Shown here: positions 18,704 through 28,725 of the stretch, piece by piece
Layout: each line of letters begins with the position of its first letter
Position numbering within the stretch: position 1 is the stretch's first letter
NCBI RefSeq assembly: GCF_000025945.1
Contig: NC_006138.1
Location: 1,230,001-1,262,000, forward strand
DNA length: 32,000 nt
Direction of reading: 5' to 3'
DNA from: Desulfotalea psychrophila LSv54
GTDB taxonomy: Bacteria > Desulfobacterota > Desulfobulbia > Desulfobulbales > Desulfocapsaceae
Notes under the pieces: model-generated
What the model was told of the DNA's origin: nothing
Seen by the model: only the letters and a program-made list of their open reading frames with translations
Databases searched by the model: none
Program-made: the position numbers and the translations under genes

Positions 18704-19966
18704 ATGACTGACGAGCAAGGCACCTCTGGTGCAGTTTTGGTCGTAGGCGGGGGTATCAGTGGGCTGACAGCAGCCCTTGAAACCGCCGAAGTCGGCAATG
18801 ATGTTTTTCTTATTGAGAAAAGTCCTTGTTTTGGTGGACGTGTATCCCAACTTAATCAGTATTTTCCAAAGCTTTGTCCCCCAAGTTGTGGTCTTGAGAT
18901 TAACTTTCGCCGGGTGAAAGAAAACCGAGGTATTCGTACCTATAGCATGACAACGGTGAAGTCTGTCACGGGCGAGGCCGGTAATTATGAGGTGACCCTC
19001 GAAATTGCCCCTCGTTATGTGAATAGTAACTGTACAGCCTGTGGCGCCTGTTCCGCAGCCTGTCCGGATGAGGTTGCCAATGAGTTTAACTTTGGCATGG
19101 ATATGAGAAAGGCCGCCTATCTTCCCCATGAGATGGCTTTTCCTCGTCGCTATGTGATTGATAAGGATGCCCTCAGTCCAGCCGGTGCCGAAGCTGTCGT
19201 TGCTGCCTGTAAGTATGGCGCTGTTGATCTTGATATGCAGCCTGAAACAGTGGTTATTCAGGTAGGTTCTATTATTTGGGCCACCGGTTGGAATCCCTAT
19301 GACCCAGCTAAAATGGATAATCTGAAGTATGGTCAATCAGATGCAATTGTCACCAATATGATGATTGAGAGAATGGCCTCTCCTAATGGTCCCACCTCCG
19401 GCAAAATTCTTCGTCCCGGTGATAATAAGGAACCAGAGTCCATTGCCTTTGTTCAATGTGCCGGCTCTCGTGATGAAAATCATCTTGAGTACTGTTCCTC
19501 TGTGTGCTGTATGGCGACTTTCAAGCATATGACCTATGTGCGTGAGCAGTATCCAGATGCTCAAATATATGTCTTTTATATTGATTTGCGGACTCCTGGT
19601 AAATACGAAAAATTTCGTGAACAACGAATGGCCGATGAGAAGGCAACCTTTATCAAGGGTAAGGTAGCTGATATTATTATCGAGGCAGACGGTGGAGTGA
19701 CCGTGGTGGCGGAGGATGCCCTGACCGGTAATAAGAAAAATCAGAAGGTTGATATGGTTGTTTTGGCAACGGGTATGCAGCCATCTTTTGCTACGGGAGC
19801 GCCTGTTGGTCTGGAAGTGGACAGTAATGGCTTTATTATAAGCGATTTTAATAAGGGCATGATTGCTGCGGGATGCGCGAAAAAACCCGTAGATGTTGTG
19901 ACCACCACTCAATCATCCACGGCAGCTGCCCTAAAGGCAATTCAGATTTCCAGGAGGTCGAATTAA
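18704..19966 (+). CDS. qmoA: QmoA, HdrA-like flavoprotein of the quinone-interacting membrane-bound oxidoreductase
   Basis: VLVVGGGISGLTAALETAEVGNDVFLIEKSPCFGGRVSQLNQYFPKLCPPSCGLEINF; YVNSNCTACGACSAACPDE; position after aprBA and before qmoB/qmoC. ATG at 18704 preceded by agggaggt. Confidence 0.95.
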   Translation: MTDEQGTSGAVLVVGGGISGLTAALETAEVGNDVFLIEKSPCFGGRVSQLNQYFPKLCPPSCGLEINFRRVKENRGIRTYSMTTVKSVTGEAGNYEVTLEIAPRYVNSNCTACGACSAACPDEVANEFNFGMDMRKAAYLPHEMAFPRRYVIDKDALSPAGAEAVVAACKYGAVDLDMQPETVVIQVGSIIWATGWNPYDPAKMDNLKYGQSDAIVTNMMIERMASPNGPTSGKILRPGDNKEPESIAFVQCAGSRDENHLEYCSSVCCMATFKHMTYVREQYPDAQIYVFYIDLRTPGKYEKFREQRMADEKATFIKGKVADIIIEADGGVTVVAEDALTGNKKNQKVDMVVLATGMQPSFATGAPVGLEVDSNGFIISDFNKGMIAAGCAKKPVDVVTTTQSSTAAALKAIQISRRSN

Positions 19967-22227
19967 TGGATAAGTCATATTGTGCATATTTATGCTCTGG
20001 TTGTGGTATTGGTGATGCCCTTGATATGGAGGCTCTCGCGGGAGTTGTTTCCGGTGAGATGTCCATGGAGTGTAAAACCCATGAGTGTCTTTGCGGGGCG
20101 GCAGGGCGTGCCCTTATCGAGGCAGATATTGCAGCAGGAACTAATACCGTTGTGGTCGGTGCCTGTTCACCTCGGGTTATGACTGGTGAATTTAATTTTG
20201 GTAAAGATAAGATTACCGTTCGGGCAAATCTTCGTGAGCAGGTTGTTTGGTCCGAGGCTAAGCCTGCAGAGGGTGAGGAACCCCATGCAGAGGCCGTGGC
20301 CTTTTTGCAGGAAACTGCCGAAGATTATATGAGAATGGCCTGTACCCGGGCTCAAAAGACGGAGTTGGCAGATCCATTTCATCTGGAGATCATCACTAAA
20401 ACGGTGATGGTGATGGGTGGTGGTATTGCCGGCCTTACTGCGGCAAAAGAGGCGGCTGCTGCGGGTTATGAGGTTCTTCTGGTGGAAAAAGAGGCCCAGC
20501 TTGGTGGCAAGGCCCTTGGTTGGAGAAAATCTTTTCCATCCAAGGCTCCCTGGACTGATTTGGAAGAAAACCCCGCCGATGCCCTGGTTGCAGCCGTTAC
20601 CGCAGATGATAAAATTACGGTGAAGCTTGCAACGGAGGTAGCTCGTATTGGTGGTGCTCCCGGAGCATTCCGTGTCTCTTTTAAGGATGTCGGAACTCAG
20701 ACTGAGTGGGATGCGCCTGCCAAGGTTGCCGTTGATGAGCAGGATGCTATTGACAAGGGCGAGATGGAAAACCCCAATGAGGGGCTACAGGTCTATACCG
20801 CCGTTGACGAGAATGCTACTCTGGTAGGTTCTGTTGTTCTAGCCACGGGCTGGACTCCTGCCGATGTTTCTCAGTACGAGCATTTGGGCTATGGAAAACT
20901 TACAAATGTGGTTACCAATGCCGAGTTTGAAAAAATTGCCAAGGAGGGCAAGGTTCCTGCCAATGTGGCCTTTGTTCAGAGCCCGGGCGGAAAAGATAGC
21001 GATGATGATTTTCCTTACTGTAACTCCGTAACCTCCATGGTTGCCCTGAAGCAGGCGCAGTATGTCTGTCAGGACAACGTTGATGGCAAGGCCTATATCC
21101 TCTATCAGCATATGCGTACTCCTGGACAGATGGAGCTCTTTTATAAGAATGCCCAGTTGAATGACGGTATTTTTATGACCAAGGCCTCTGTTGTCGGAGT
21201 GGATGAGGAAGGTGCAGGCCTGAGGGTGAATATTGAAGAGACCCTTTTGGGAGAAGATGTCAGTATTGACGTTGATATGGTTGTTCTGGCCGCCGGTATG
21301 GAGCCTGTAACCCTTCATGACAGCAGTATTAATCTGGCCTATCGTCAGGGTCCTGCCTTTTCTGATCTCGACCTCTTTGATGGTTATGCTGATTCCCATT
21401 TTATCTGCTTTCCTTATGAGACTCGTCGTACCGGCGTTTACACCTGTGGTGGTGTGCGTAAGGCGGAGACCATGGAGGAGACCATTGATGATGCAACGGG
21501 CGCTGCCCTTAAGGCCATTCAGTGTATAGAATCCTCTGACCGTGGTGTTTCTGTTCATCCTCGTTCCGGTGATGCGACCTATCCTGAGTTTTTTATGCAA
21601 CGTTGTACCCAGTGTAAACGTTGTACCGAGGAGTGTCCTTTTGGCGCCTTAGATGATGATGAAAAGGGAACTCCGCTGCCAAATCCAACTCGCTGTCGTC
21701 GTTGTGGTATCTGTATGGGTGCCTGTCCCGAACGTATTATCGGCTTTAAGGACTATAATATAGATATGATCGGCTCTATGATTAAATCCATAGAGGTGCC
21801 GGAAGATGATGATGATCGTCTCCGTATTATGGTCTTTGTCTGTGAAAATGATGCTTATCCTGCCCTTGATATGTCCGGCATGAGACGTCATGGTATAAGT
21901 CATATGGTTCGGTTTATCCCTGTTCGTTGCCTGGGCTCGGTTAATATGGCCTGGGTTCGGGATGCTCTTTCAGCGGGAATGGATGGGATAATGCTTTTGG
22001 GCTGTGCCTATGGTGACGATTATCAGTGTCACTTTGTTAAGGGCTCTGAAATTGCCCAGAAGCGGATGGAAAATATCGGCGATACTCTTTCAAGTCTGGG
22101 CCTTGAGTCTGAACGTTGTGTCTCTGAGCAGATCGCTATTACCGATTTTGATAAGGTGCCCAAACTTATTAATGATTTCGTTGAAGAGATTGTTGAGATG
22201 GGGCCAAATCCATTTAAGGGTTTCTAG
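19966..22227 (+). CDS. qmoB: QmoB, HdrA-like flavoprotein with ferredoxin and MvhD-like C-terminal domain
   Basis: MDKSYCAYLCSGCGIGDALD, VMGGGIAGLTAAKEAAAAGYEVLLVEKEAQLGG, CTQCKRCTEECPFGALDDDEKGTPLPNPTRCRRCGICMGACPERII, C-terminal MvhD-like VFVCENDAYPALDMSG...CLGSVNMAWVRDALSAGMDGIMLLGCAYGDDYQCHF. Overlaps qmoA by 1 nt (TAATG). Confidence 0.95.
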   Translation: MDKSYCAYLCSGCGIGDALDMEALAGVVSGEMSMECKTHECLCGAAGRALIEADIAAGTNTVVVGACSPRVMTGEFNFGKDKITVRANLREQVVWSEAKPAEGEEPHAEAVAFLQETAEDYMRMACTRAQKTELADPFHLEIITKTVMVMGGGIAGLTAAKEAAAAGYEVLLVEKEAQLGGKALGWRKSFPSKAPWTDLEENPADALVAAVTADDKITVKLATEVARIGGAPGAFRVSFKDVGTQTEWDAPAKVAVDEQDAIDKGEMENPNEGLQVYTAVDENATLVGSVVLATGWTPADVSQYEHLGYGKLTNVVTNAEFEKIAKEGKVPANVAFVQSPGGKDSDDDFPYCNSVTSMVALKQAQYVCQDNVDGKAYILYQHMRTPGQMELFYKNAQLNDGIFMTKASVVGVDEEGAGLRVNIEETLLGEDVSIDVDMVVLAAGMEPVTLHDSSINLAYRQGPAFSDLDLFDGYADSHFICFPYETRRTGVYTCGGVRKAETMEETIDDATGAALKAIQCIESSDRGVSVHPRSGDATYPEFFMQRCTQCKRCTEECPFGALDDDEKGTPLPNPTRCRRCGICMGACPERIIGFKDYNIDMIGSMIKSIEVPEDDDDRLRIMVFVCENDAYPALDMSGMRRHGISHMVRFIPVRCLGSVNMAWVRDALSAGMDGIMLLGCAYGDDYQCHFVKGSEIAQKRMENIGDTLSSLGLESERCVSEQIAITDFDKVPKLINDFVEEIVEMGPNPFKGF

Positions 22228-22327
22228 CCTCTGTTATCAAAAAGCCGTAGTGATTAGGTCGCCACGGCTTTCTACATAATTGCTTATAAAACTTTTATAC
22301 GTTTTGATAATAGAATAGGAGGAGACT

Positions 22328-23542
22328 ATGAATGTTCAACCAGATTTAGATTTTATCAGGCATCTCAAACAGGCCGGTGGCGATACCCTGAAAAAGTGCT
22401 ACCAGTGTTCAACCTGCTCTGTTATGTGTCCGCTGTCAAAGGACGGTAAACCCTTTCCCAGAAAAGAGATGATCTGGGCCCAGTGGGGTCTGAAGGAGAA
22501 GCTTATTGCCGATCCCGATGTTTTTCTTTGTCATCAGTGCGGGGACTGTACTGCAGGCTGTCCACGGGGGGCAAAACCGGGTGATGTTCTTAGTGCTATT
22601 CGTTCCTGGGCCTATACAGAGTATGGTTGGCCCGGACCCTTGGCCAAGCTTGCCTCCACCGCCAAGGGACTACCCGTTCTGGTTGCCCTGCCCGTGGTGG
22701 TTATTCTTCTTATGTGGCTCGCCTCAAGTCTTATTGGCGTTTCCGGGGTGCATCTTCCCAGTAAGGAGGAGTTTGCCCTGCACGGCTATCAGCAATTTTT
22801 TGGTACTTGGAATTTTCATTGGTATGCAAAAAATATTGCCTTTATTGTCGCAATTATGGTGCCGGCCCTGGGCATAGGCCTCTTTTCCGCTGGAATGGGT
22901 GTTTATCGGTTTTGGAAGAAGATGAGTATTAATGCCGGTATTAATGGAGCCTTTAAGCCATCCATTTATCAGTTTGTTACTCAACTGTGGTGGCCTGCAG
23001 CTAAAGAAATTGTTACCCATAAGCGTTTTAAAGAGTGTAATATTAACGAGACAAGGACCCGAGGTCATCTTCCTCTTATGTATGCCTTTGCCGGACTCTT
23101 TATTGTTACCTGTTGGTCATTGTTGAAAAATGATGTCCTCGGCCTTTTCTGGCCCGCCCTGCATGGGCCATTGCCGCTTACCGATCCATTTAAGTTGTTG
23201 GCAAACGTCTCTGCCATCGCCATGATCTTTGGCCTGGCCGTACTGTGGGCTAATAGAAAGAGGTCCGAGCGCGAGGATAAAACCATGCCTACCTTTTATG
23301 ACTGGTTTCTTCTCTGGGAGATTGCCGCGGTTGGGGTAACGGGTATCGGTGCCGAGGTGCTTCGCTGGATGGGGATACCTATTGCCGGTTATATTGTATA
23401 TTTTCTGCACTTGGTCTCTATTTTTATGCTATTCTTGTACTTGCCATACACCAAGTTTGCCCATATTGTTTTCCGGACAGCGGCAATGACCTTTGATAAT
23501 TATCGTGAAAGTGTTTTTGCCAAAAATCCTTTAGATCAATAA
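22328..23542 (+). CDS. qmoC: QmoC, HdrC-like [4Fe-4S] plus HdrE-like membrane cytochrome b subunit
   Basis: CYQCSTCSVMCPLSKDGKPFPRKEMIWAQWGL, FLCHQCGDCTAGCPRGAKPGDVL, followed by multiple TM helices. Downstream of qmoB. Confidence 0.95.
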   Translation: MNVQPDLDFIRHLKQAGGDTLKKCYQCSTCSVMCPLSKDGKPFPRKEMIWAQWGLKEKLIADPDVFLCHQCGDCTAGCPRGAKPGDVLSAIRSWAYTEYGWPGPLAKLASTAKGLPVLVALPVVVILLMWLASSLIGVSGVHLPSKEEFALHGYQQFFGTWNFHWYAKNIAFIVAIMVPALGIGLFSAGMGVYRFWKKMSINAGINGAFKPSIYQFVTQLWWPAAKEIVTHKRFKECNINETRTRGHLPLMYAFAGLFIVTCWSLLKNDVLGLFWPALHGPLPLTDPFKLLANVSAIAMIFGLAVLWANRKRSEREDKTMPTFYDWFLLWEIAAVGVTGIGAEVLRWMGIPIAGYIVYFLHLVSIFMLFLYLPYTKFAHIVFRTAAMTFDNYRESVFAKNPLDQ

Positions 23543-23568
23543 TTTATCTCTTTACTGATCTGTTTTGG

Positions 23569-23604
23569 GGCTATCTTCTCTGGTGGAAGGTAGCCTTTTT
23601 TTTT
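23569..23604 (+). terminator. Rho-independent terminator downstream of qmoC
   Basis: GGCTATCTTC-tctggtg-GAAGGTAGCC, a 10-bp stem followed by TTTTTTTTT. Confidence 0.88.
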
Positions 23605-23710
23605 GTTTGCCTATTGCCTCTCTTTAGTTTTATAATATTGATGTTTTACGTAGATTCAAAGAGATGGGGCTTGGTGGTGAAAATAAAAGAAGAAAGATGT
23701 GAAAAAAGCA

Positions 23711-23739
23711 TTGCATATAAGACGGAAGGCATGTATATT
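23711..23739 (+). promoter_or_regulatory. Candidate sigma70 promoter of the tRNA-tuf cluster
   Basis: TTGCAT (23711-23716), 17-nt spacer, TATATT (23734-23739), placed 13 nt before tRNA-Thr. Confidence 0.65.
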
Positions 23740-23752
23740 CTCGTTCCCACAG

Positions 23753-23828
23753 GCTGGCGTAGCTCAACTGGAAGAGCAGCTGATTTGTAATCAGCAGGTT
23801 GCGGGTTCAAGTCCCATCGCCAGCTCCA
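23753..23828 (+). tRNA. tRNA-Thr(TGT)
   Basis: GCTGGCG...CGCCAGC acceptor, anticodon loop TTTGTAA (TGT), GGTTCAAGTCC T arm, encoded CCA. Confidence 0.96.
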
Positions 23829-23903
23829 AGTTTGTATAAAAAAAATGCTTTACAAGTACGCAGAGAGTGTGTATATGTGTCACCTTTCAAGGTGTCATCG
23901 TGT

Positions 23904-23989
<86 letters not shown>

Positions 23990-24006
23990 TCGATTTTGTA
24001 TAGCAA

Positions 24007-24082
24007 GCGGGAATAGCTCAATTGGTAGAGCATCAGCCTTCCAAGCTGAGGGTTGCGAGTCCGAGTCTCGTTTCCCGCTCCA
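24007..24082 (+). tRNA. tRNA-Gly(TCC)
   Basis: GCGGGAA...TTCCCGC acceptor, anticodon loop CTTCCAA (TCC), CCA. Confidence 0.96.
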
Positions 24083-24101
24083 TTTTTTTAAATAGTTAGT
24101 T

Positions 24102-24177
<76 letters not shown>

Positions 24178-24232
24178 CAAAGAACAAGAAAAAAAGTCGG
24201 AACTTTTTTCAACGGCCTGAGGAGACAGGAAG

Positions 24233-25423
24233 ATGTCAAAGGAAAAATTTGAAAGGACAAAGCCGCATGTCAATGTAGGAACAATTGGTCACATCGATCA
24301 CGGTAAAACCACTTTGACTGCTGCTATCACCCGCGTATTGTCTACTAAGGGACAAGCCAGTTTCACTGATTTCAGTGATATCGATAAGGCTCCTGAGGAA
24401 AAAGAGCGCGGAATTACTATCGCAACCGCTCACGTAGAGTATGAGACTGTTAATCGTCACTACGCTCACGTTGATTGTCCTGGTCATGCCGATTATATCA
24501 AGAATATGATTACCGGTGCTGCTCAGATGGACGGTGCGATTTTGGTTGTTGCAGCGACAGATGGTGCTATGCCTCAGACTCGTGAGCATATCCTTCTTGC
24601 TCGTCAGGTTGGCGTTCCAGCCATGGTTGTATTTCTTAACAAATGCGACATGGTTGATGATGATGAGCTTATTGAGCTTGTTGAGATGGAGCTTCGTGAG
24701 CTTCTCGACGATTATGAGTTTCCTGGCGATGATGTTCCTTTTATTCATGGTTCTGCGCTTCTCGCTCTTGAGAATCCAGAAGATGAAGATAAGGCAGCAT
24801 GTATCTGGGAACTTATGGACCAGATTGATTCTTACATCCCAGAGCCAGAGCGTGATGTAGATCAGCCTTTCCTTATGCCTGTTGAGGATGTATTCTCTAT
24901 CTCCGGTCGTGGAACTGTAGCAACCGGTCGTGTTGAGCGTGGTATCATCAAGGTTGGCGAGGAAGTTGCAATCGTTGGCGTTAGAGATACCGTTAAAACC
25001 ACCTGTACAGGTGTAGAGATGTTCCGTAAGCTTCTTGACGAAGGTCGGGCTGGCGACAACATCGGTGCACTTCTTCGTGGTGTTAAGCGTGAAGATATTG
25101 AGCGTGGTCAGGTTCTTGCTAAGCCAGGTACCATTACCCCTCACACCAAGTTCAAGGCAGAGTGTTATATCCTTGGTAAAGACGAAGGTGGACGTCACAC
25201 TCCATTCTTTAACGGATATCGTCCACAGTTCTATTTTAGAACAACTGACGTTACCGGTATCGTAACCCTTCCTGAGGGTATCGAGATGGTTATGCCTGGT
25301 GATAACGTAGCAGTTGAAGCAGAGCTTATTACTCCTATCGCAATGGATGCTGGTCTCCGTTTCGCTATCCGTGAGGGTGGACGAACCGTAGGTGCTGGCG
25401 TAATTAGCGAGATCATTGCTTAG
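24233..25423 (+). CDS. tuf: Elongation factor Tu
   Basis: [80 protein letters not shown]. 396 aa. Confidence 0.98.
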   Translation: MSKEKFERTKPHVNVGTIGHIDHGKTTLTAAITRVLSTKGQASFTDFSDIDKAPEEKERGITIATAHVEYETVNRHYAHVDCPGHADYIKNMITGAAQMDGAILVVAATDGAMPQTREHILLARQVGVPAMVVFLNKCDMVDDDELIELVEMELRELLDDYEFPGDDVPFIHGSALLALENPEDEDKAACIWELMDQIDSYIPEPERDVDQPFLMPVEDVFSISGRGTVATGRVERGIIKVGEEVAIVGVRDTVKTTCTGVEMFRKLLDEGRAGDNIGALLRGVKREDIERGQVLAKPGTITPHTKFKAECYILGKDEGGRHTPFFNGYRPQFYFRTTDVTGIVTLPEGIEMVMPGDNVAVEAELITPIAMDAGLRFAIREGGRTVGAGVISEIIA

Positions 25424-25443
25424 TAGTCGCTAATAGGTTTTTG

Positions 25444-25483
25444 TTGCCCTATTTGATTTAAGCGTTAAATAGGGCAAATTTTT
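25444..25483 (+). terminator. Rho-independent terminator downstream of tuf
   Basis: TTGCCCTATTT ... AAATAGGGCAA, an 11-bp stem followed by aTTTTT. Confidence 0.8.
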
Positions 25484-25498
25484 AATAGGAAAAATTAA

Positions 25499-25648
25499 AT
25501 GAGAGATATAGTAACCTTGGCTTGTGGTACCTGTAAGCGTCGTAATTACACCACCACAAAGAACAAGAAGCAAACTCCTAATAAGCTTGAGTTTAATAAA
25601 TATTGCCCCTTTTGTCGGGTTCATACCCCACATAAAGAGACCAAGTAA
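25499..25648 (+). CDS. rpmG: 50S ribosomal protein L33
   Basis: Manual translation (absent from the ORF track because of size): [49 protein letters not shown]. 49 aa, CxxC..CxxC zinc ribbon. Confidence 0.95.
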   Translation: MRDIVTLACGTCKRRNYTTTKNKKQTPNKLEFNKYCPFCRVHTPHKETK

Positions 25649-25657
25649 TTCTTGTGC

Positions 25658-25734
25658 AGGCCAGTAGCTCTAATTGGTAGAGCGCCGGATTCCAAATCCG
25701 GATGCTGGGGGTTCGAGTCCCTCCTGGCCTGCCA
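25658..25734 (+). tRNA. tRNA-Trp(CCA)
   Basis: AGGCCAG...CTGGCCT acceptor, anticodon loop TTCCAAA (CCA), encoded CCA end. Confidence 0.95.
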
Positions 25735-25808
25735 TGTTTTATTGTGGTCTTTTTTTCGTAAAGGGTGTGGTTCTTTTTTGATCTGCAGTAAAAGGCGGGT
25801 TTGTAAAT

Positions 25809-26063
25809 ATGGCAGCTAAAGCGAAGAACAAAATCAAGAAATCTGTTAATTCTAAAGAGAAGGAAGATGTAAAGCTTTCTCCTGCGATTGTGAAACAGTT
25901 TTTTCTTGACGTGAAAACCGAGTTTTTTAGAATAGCTTGGCCAGACAAGAAAATGACTCTTGGTTTGGCTGGTATAGTTGTGGTATTAACTGGGGCTATA
26001 TCGCTGTACCTTGGTTCTGTTGATTTTATTCTAGGTGAAATCGTTTCTTACGTTCTTGGTTAG
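25809..26063 (+). CDS. secE: Preprotein translocase subunit SecE
   Basis: VKQFFLDVKTEFFRIAWPDKKMT followed by one TM helix. Between tRNA-Trp and nusG. Confidence 0.92.
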   Translation: MAAKAKNKIKKSVNSKEKEDVKLSPAIVKQFFLDVKTEFFRIAWPDKKMTLGLAGIVVVLTGAISLYLGSVDFILGEIVSYVLG

Positions 26064-26131
26064 TTTCGCAGGTGCTGCGACTTGGTGCTTGCTATTAGAG
26101 TAACCTTAAATCTGAGAAAGTAGAGATATTC

Positions 26132-26665
26132 ATGGCAAAACAGTGGTACATATTACAGGCTCATTCAGGATTTGAGGAAAAGGTTAAGCTTACCCTGGAA
26201 GACCGGATAAAAAAGGATGGTCTCGAAGATTTCTTCGGTGATATTCTTGTTCCGACTGAACAGGTTGTTGAGATGGTAAAAGGCTCGCGAAAAACTTCGT
26301 CAAAGAAATTTTTCCCGGGCTATATGCTTATCAACATGGAACTTACTGACGAAACGTGGCACACCGTTCATGAGAACATGCCGCGCGTTGTTGGGTTTGT
26401 GGGCGATGATAGAAATCCAATGCCTCTGTCTGATGAAGAAGCTGCAAAGATCATAGGGCGAATTCAGGAAGGTTCTGAGCGACCACGTCCAAAGGTTATC
26501 TTTGATGTTGGCGAAAATGTTCGCGTCATAGATGGGCCTTTTTCTAATTTTCAAGGTGTGGTTGACGAAGTATTTCCTGATAAAGGGCGTGTACGCGTAA
26601 TGGTCTCGATCTTTGGTCGGGAAACGCCTGTAGAACTTGAGTTCGTTCAGGTTACTAACACCTAA
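26132..26665 (+). CDS. nusG: Transcription termination/antitermination protein NusG
   Basis: [58 protein letters not shown]-type region, KOW: [45 protein letters not shown].QV. Confidence 0.97.
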   Translation: [177 protein letters not shown]

Positions 26666-26756
26666 TTGTTTCCCCGGGTTATATGGGGAGGTTGGAATCT
26701 AGCGTAATGCTGGATTCTGTTGTTTTTTGATAATTGTTTTTAGTTGGGGTAATACA

Positions 26757-27182
26757 ATGGCCAAAAAAGCGATGGCATACATCAAGTTGCAGATACCAGC
26801 AGGTAAGGCGAATCCTTCACCTCCTGTCGGACCTGCACTTGGACAGCACGGTGTCAACATCATGGAATTCTGTAAAGGCTTTAACGCCAGGACACAATCC
26901 ATGGGTGATACCATTGTTCCTGTAGTTATCACTGTTTATCAAGATCGCTCTTTCAGTTTCATTACAAAGACACCACCTGCAGCTGTTCTTCTTATGAAGG
27001 CTGCTAATATCACCAAGGGTTCCAGTAATCCTAAGAGTGAGCGTGTTGCTGAAATTAGCAAAGAGAAGATTCGTGAGATCGCAGAGATTAAAATGCCAGA
27101 TCTCAATGCATATGATATTGATGCTGCAATGCTTATTATTGAAGGCACTGCACGCAGCGCAGGTATCACTGTAGTTGAGTAG
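26757..27182 (+). CDS. rplK: 50S ribosomal protein L11
   Basis: [58 protein letters not shown]. Start ATG at 26757. Confidence 0.97.
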   Translation: MAKKAMAYIKLQIPAGKANPSPPVGPALGQHGVNIMEFCKGFNARTQSMGDTIVPVVITVYQDRSFSFITKTPPAAVLLMKAANITKGSSNPKSERVAEISKEKIREIAEIKMPDLNAYDIDAAMLIIEGTARSAGITVVE

Positions 27183-27311
27183 TAGACATTTTGATGGAAT
27201 CGCATTCCCGTAAGGGGATGGTGAAGTACGAAGCTCGGTAATAAATTTCATTTTTTGAGCTTAACAAATACTGCCGGCAGGACGAGTTCCTGTTCAGAGT
27301 AGGAGGCCAAT

Positions 27312-28019
27312 ATGCCGAAAAGAGGCAAGAATTATAGTAACAAGAGTCAAAGCTTTGACAAACAGCAGGTGTACACTCTTGAAGAAGCTGTAGGTCATGT
27401 TTTGGCAACATCTTATGCAAAATTTGATGAGACCTTTGACATTGCAATAAAGCTTGGTGTTGATCCACGTCACGCAGATCAGATGATTCGTTCTTCTGTC
27501 GTTTTGCCACACGGTACCGGAAAAGTAACCCGCGTACTTGTTTTTGCAAAAGGTGCTAAAGAAGCCGAAGCAAGAGAGGCTGGTGCTGATTTTGTTGGTG
27601 GAGATGACCTGGTAGAAAAGATTCAAGGCGGATGGCTTGAATTCGACAAGACCGTTGCTACCCCTGATATGATGGGTACAGTTGGTAAAATTGGTCGAGT
27701 TCTTGGACCCCGTAACTTGATGCCAAATGCAAAGCTTGGAACTGTTACCTTTGATGTTGCTAAAGTCATCGAAGAGATCAAGTCCGGTAAGGTTGATTTT
27801 AAAGTTGAAAAAGCTGGTATTTTGCATGCAGGTATTGGTAAAATTTCTTTCGGTAATGAGAAACTTACTGCAAATGCCCTTGCATTTATCGAGAAAATAA
27901 TTCAGTTAAAACCATCTTCTAGTAAAGGTGTTTATCTTAAGAGTGTTACCATTAGTTCCACCATGGGACCTGGTGTGAAGGTTGATCCTGTTTACCTTCG
28001 TGCACTTGTTAAGAAGTAA
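27312..28019 (+). CDS. rplA: 50S ribosomal protein L1
   Basis: [72 protein letters not shown]. Confidence 0.97.
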   Translation: MPKRGKNYSNKSQSFDKQQVYTLEEAVGHVLATSYAKFDETFDIAIKLGVDPRHADQMIRSSVVLPHGTGKVTRVLVFAKGAKEAEAREAGADFVGGDDLVEKIQGGWLEFDKTVATPDMMGTVGKIGRVLGPRNLMPNAKLGTVTFDVAKVIEEIKSGKVDFKVEKAGILHAGIGKISFGNEKLTANALAFIEKIIQLKPSSSKGVYLKSVTISSTMGPGVKVDPVYLRALVKK

Positions 28020-28033
28020 TTTTTTTTGTAGTT

Positions 28034-28110
28034 GTTGAGTCGAAGACAGCGGGTACGGAAGTTTAATCGCTTGCAAAAGCGTCCTGCCGAGATGAATACC
28101 AGAATTTTTA
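28034..28110 (+). promoter_or_regulatory. Ribosomal protein L10 leader-like autoregulatory element
   Basis: In the rplA-rplJ spacer: ttgagtcGAAGACAGCGGGtacg...taatcgcTTGCaaaagcgtCCTGCCGAGatgaa, resembling the known L10-leader (GAAGACAGCAGG ... CCTGCCGAG). Immediately upstream of rplJL. Boundaries approximate. Confidence 0.75.
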
Positions 28111-28197
28111 TTCCGGTTTAGTGGGGTTTATTCCCTGCTACTCTTGTAGCTGCTGATTCGAATATCGGAAACCTTAAAATTCTAAAGGAGGAGTACT

Positions 28198-28725
28198 TTG
28201 AATCGTGATGATAAAGCGGCACTCGTCTCCCAACTGAATGATTCTTTCGGTCGGGCGAAGTTGTCTGTTGTCGCTGACTATTGCGGCTTGAAAGTATCAG
28301 AATTACAGCAAATCAGGATTGAACTGAAAGGCTGTGATTCGGAGATTCGAGTTGCCAAGAATACTCTCCTCAAAAGAGCTGCTGATGGAACTGGTACTGC
28401 TGTCCTTGCGGATGACTTTACTGGTACCACTGCTGTAATAACTTCATACTCAGACCCTGTTGGTCCTGCAAAGGTACTTACCCAGTTCGCTGGTGGTCAT
28501 GAAAAGTTTGTTATTCGTTCTGCTGCTCTTGAGGGCGAGAAAATTGGTGTAGATCGTTTAGAGGCACTTGCTAAGCTTCCATCCAGAGAAGTTCTTCTGG
28601 GTCAGTTGCTTTCTACCTGGAACAATGTACCTACCGGTCTTGTTCGCGTGCTTTCTGGTGTACCACGTACTTTTGTATACGGACTCCAGGCTCTTAAAGA
28701 TCAGAAGGAACAAGAAGGAAAGTAA
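28198..28725 (+). CDS. rplJ: 50S ribosomal protein L10
   Basis: MNRDDKAALVSQLNDSFGRAKLSVVADYCGLKVSELQQIRIEL..C.SEIRVAKNTLLKRA. TTG start with strong RBS aaaggaggag. Confidence 0.96.
   Translation: MNRDDKAALVSQLNDSFGRAKLSVVADYCGLKVSELQQIRIELKGCDSEIRVAKNTLLKRAADGTGTAVLADDFTGTTAVITSYSDPVGPAKVLTQFAGGHEKFVIRSAALEGEKIGVDRLEALAKLPSREVLLGQLLSTWNNVPTGLVRVLSGVPRTFVYGLQALKDQKEQEGK

Noticed and set aside
24236-25198. 320-aa minus-strand ORF opposite tuf
   Set aside because: Antisense shadow caused by the strong codon bias of tuf; no domain signature.
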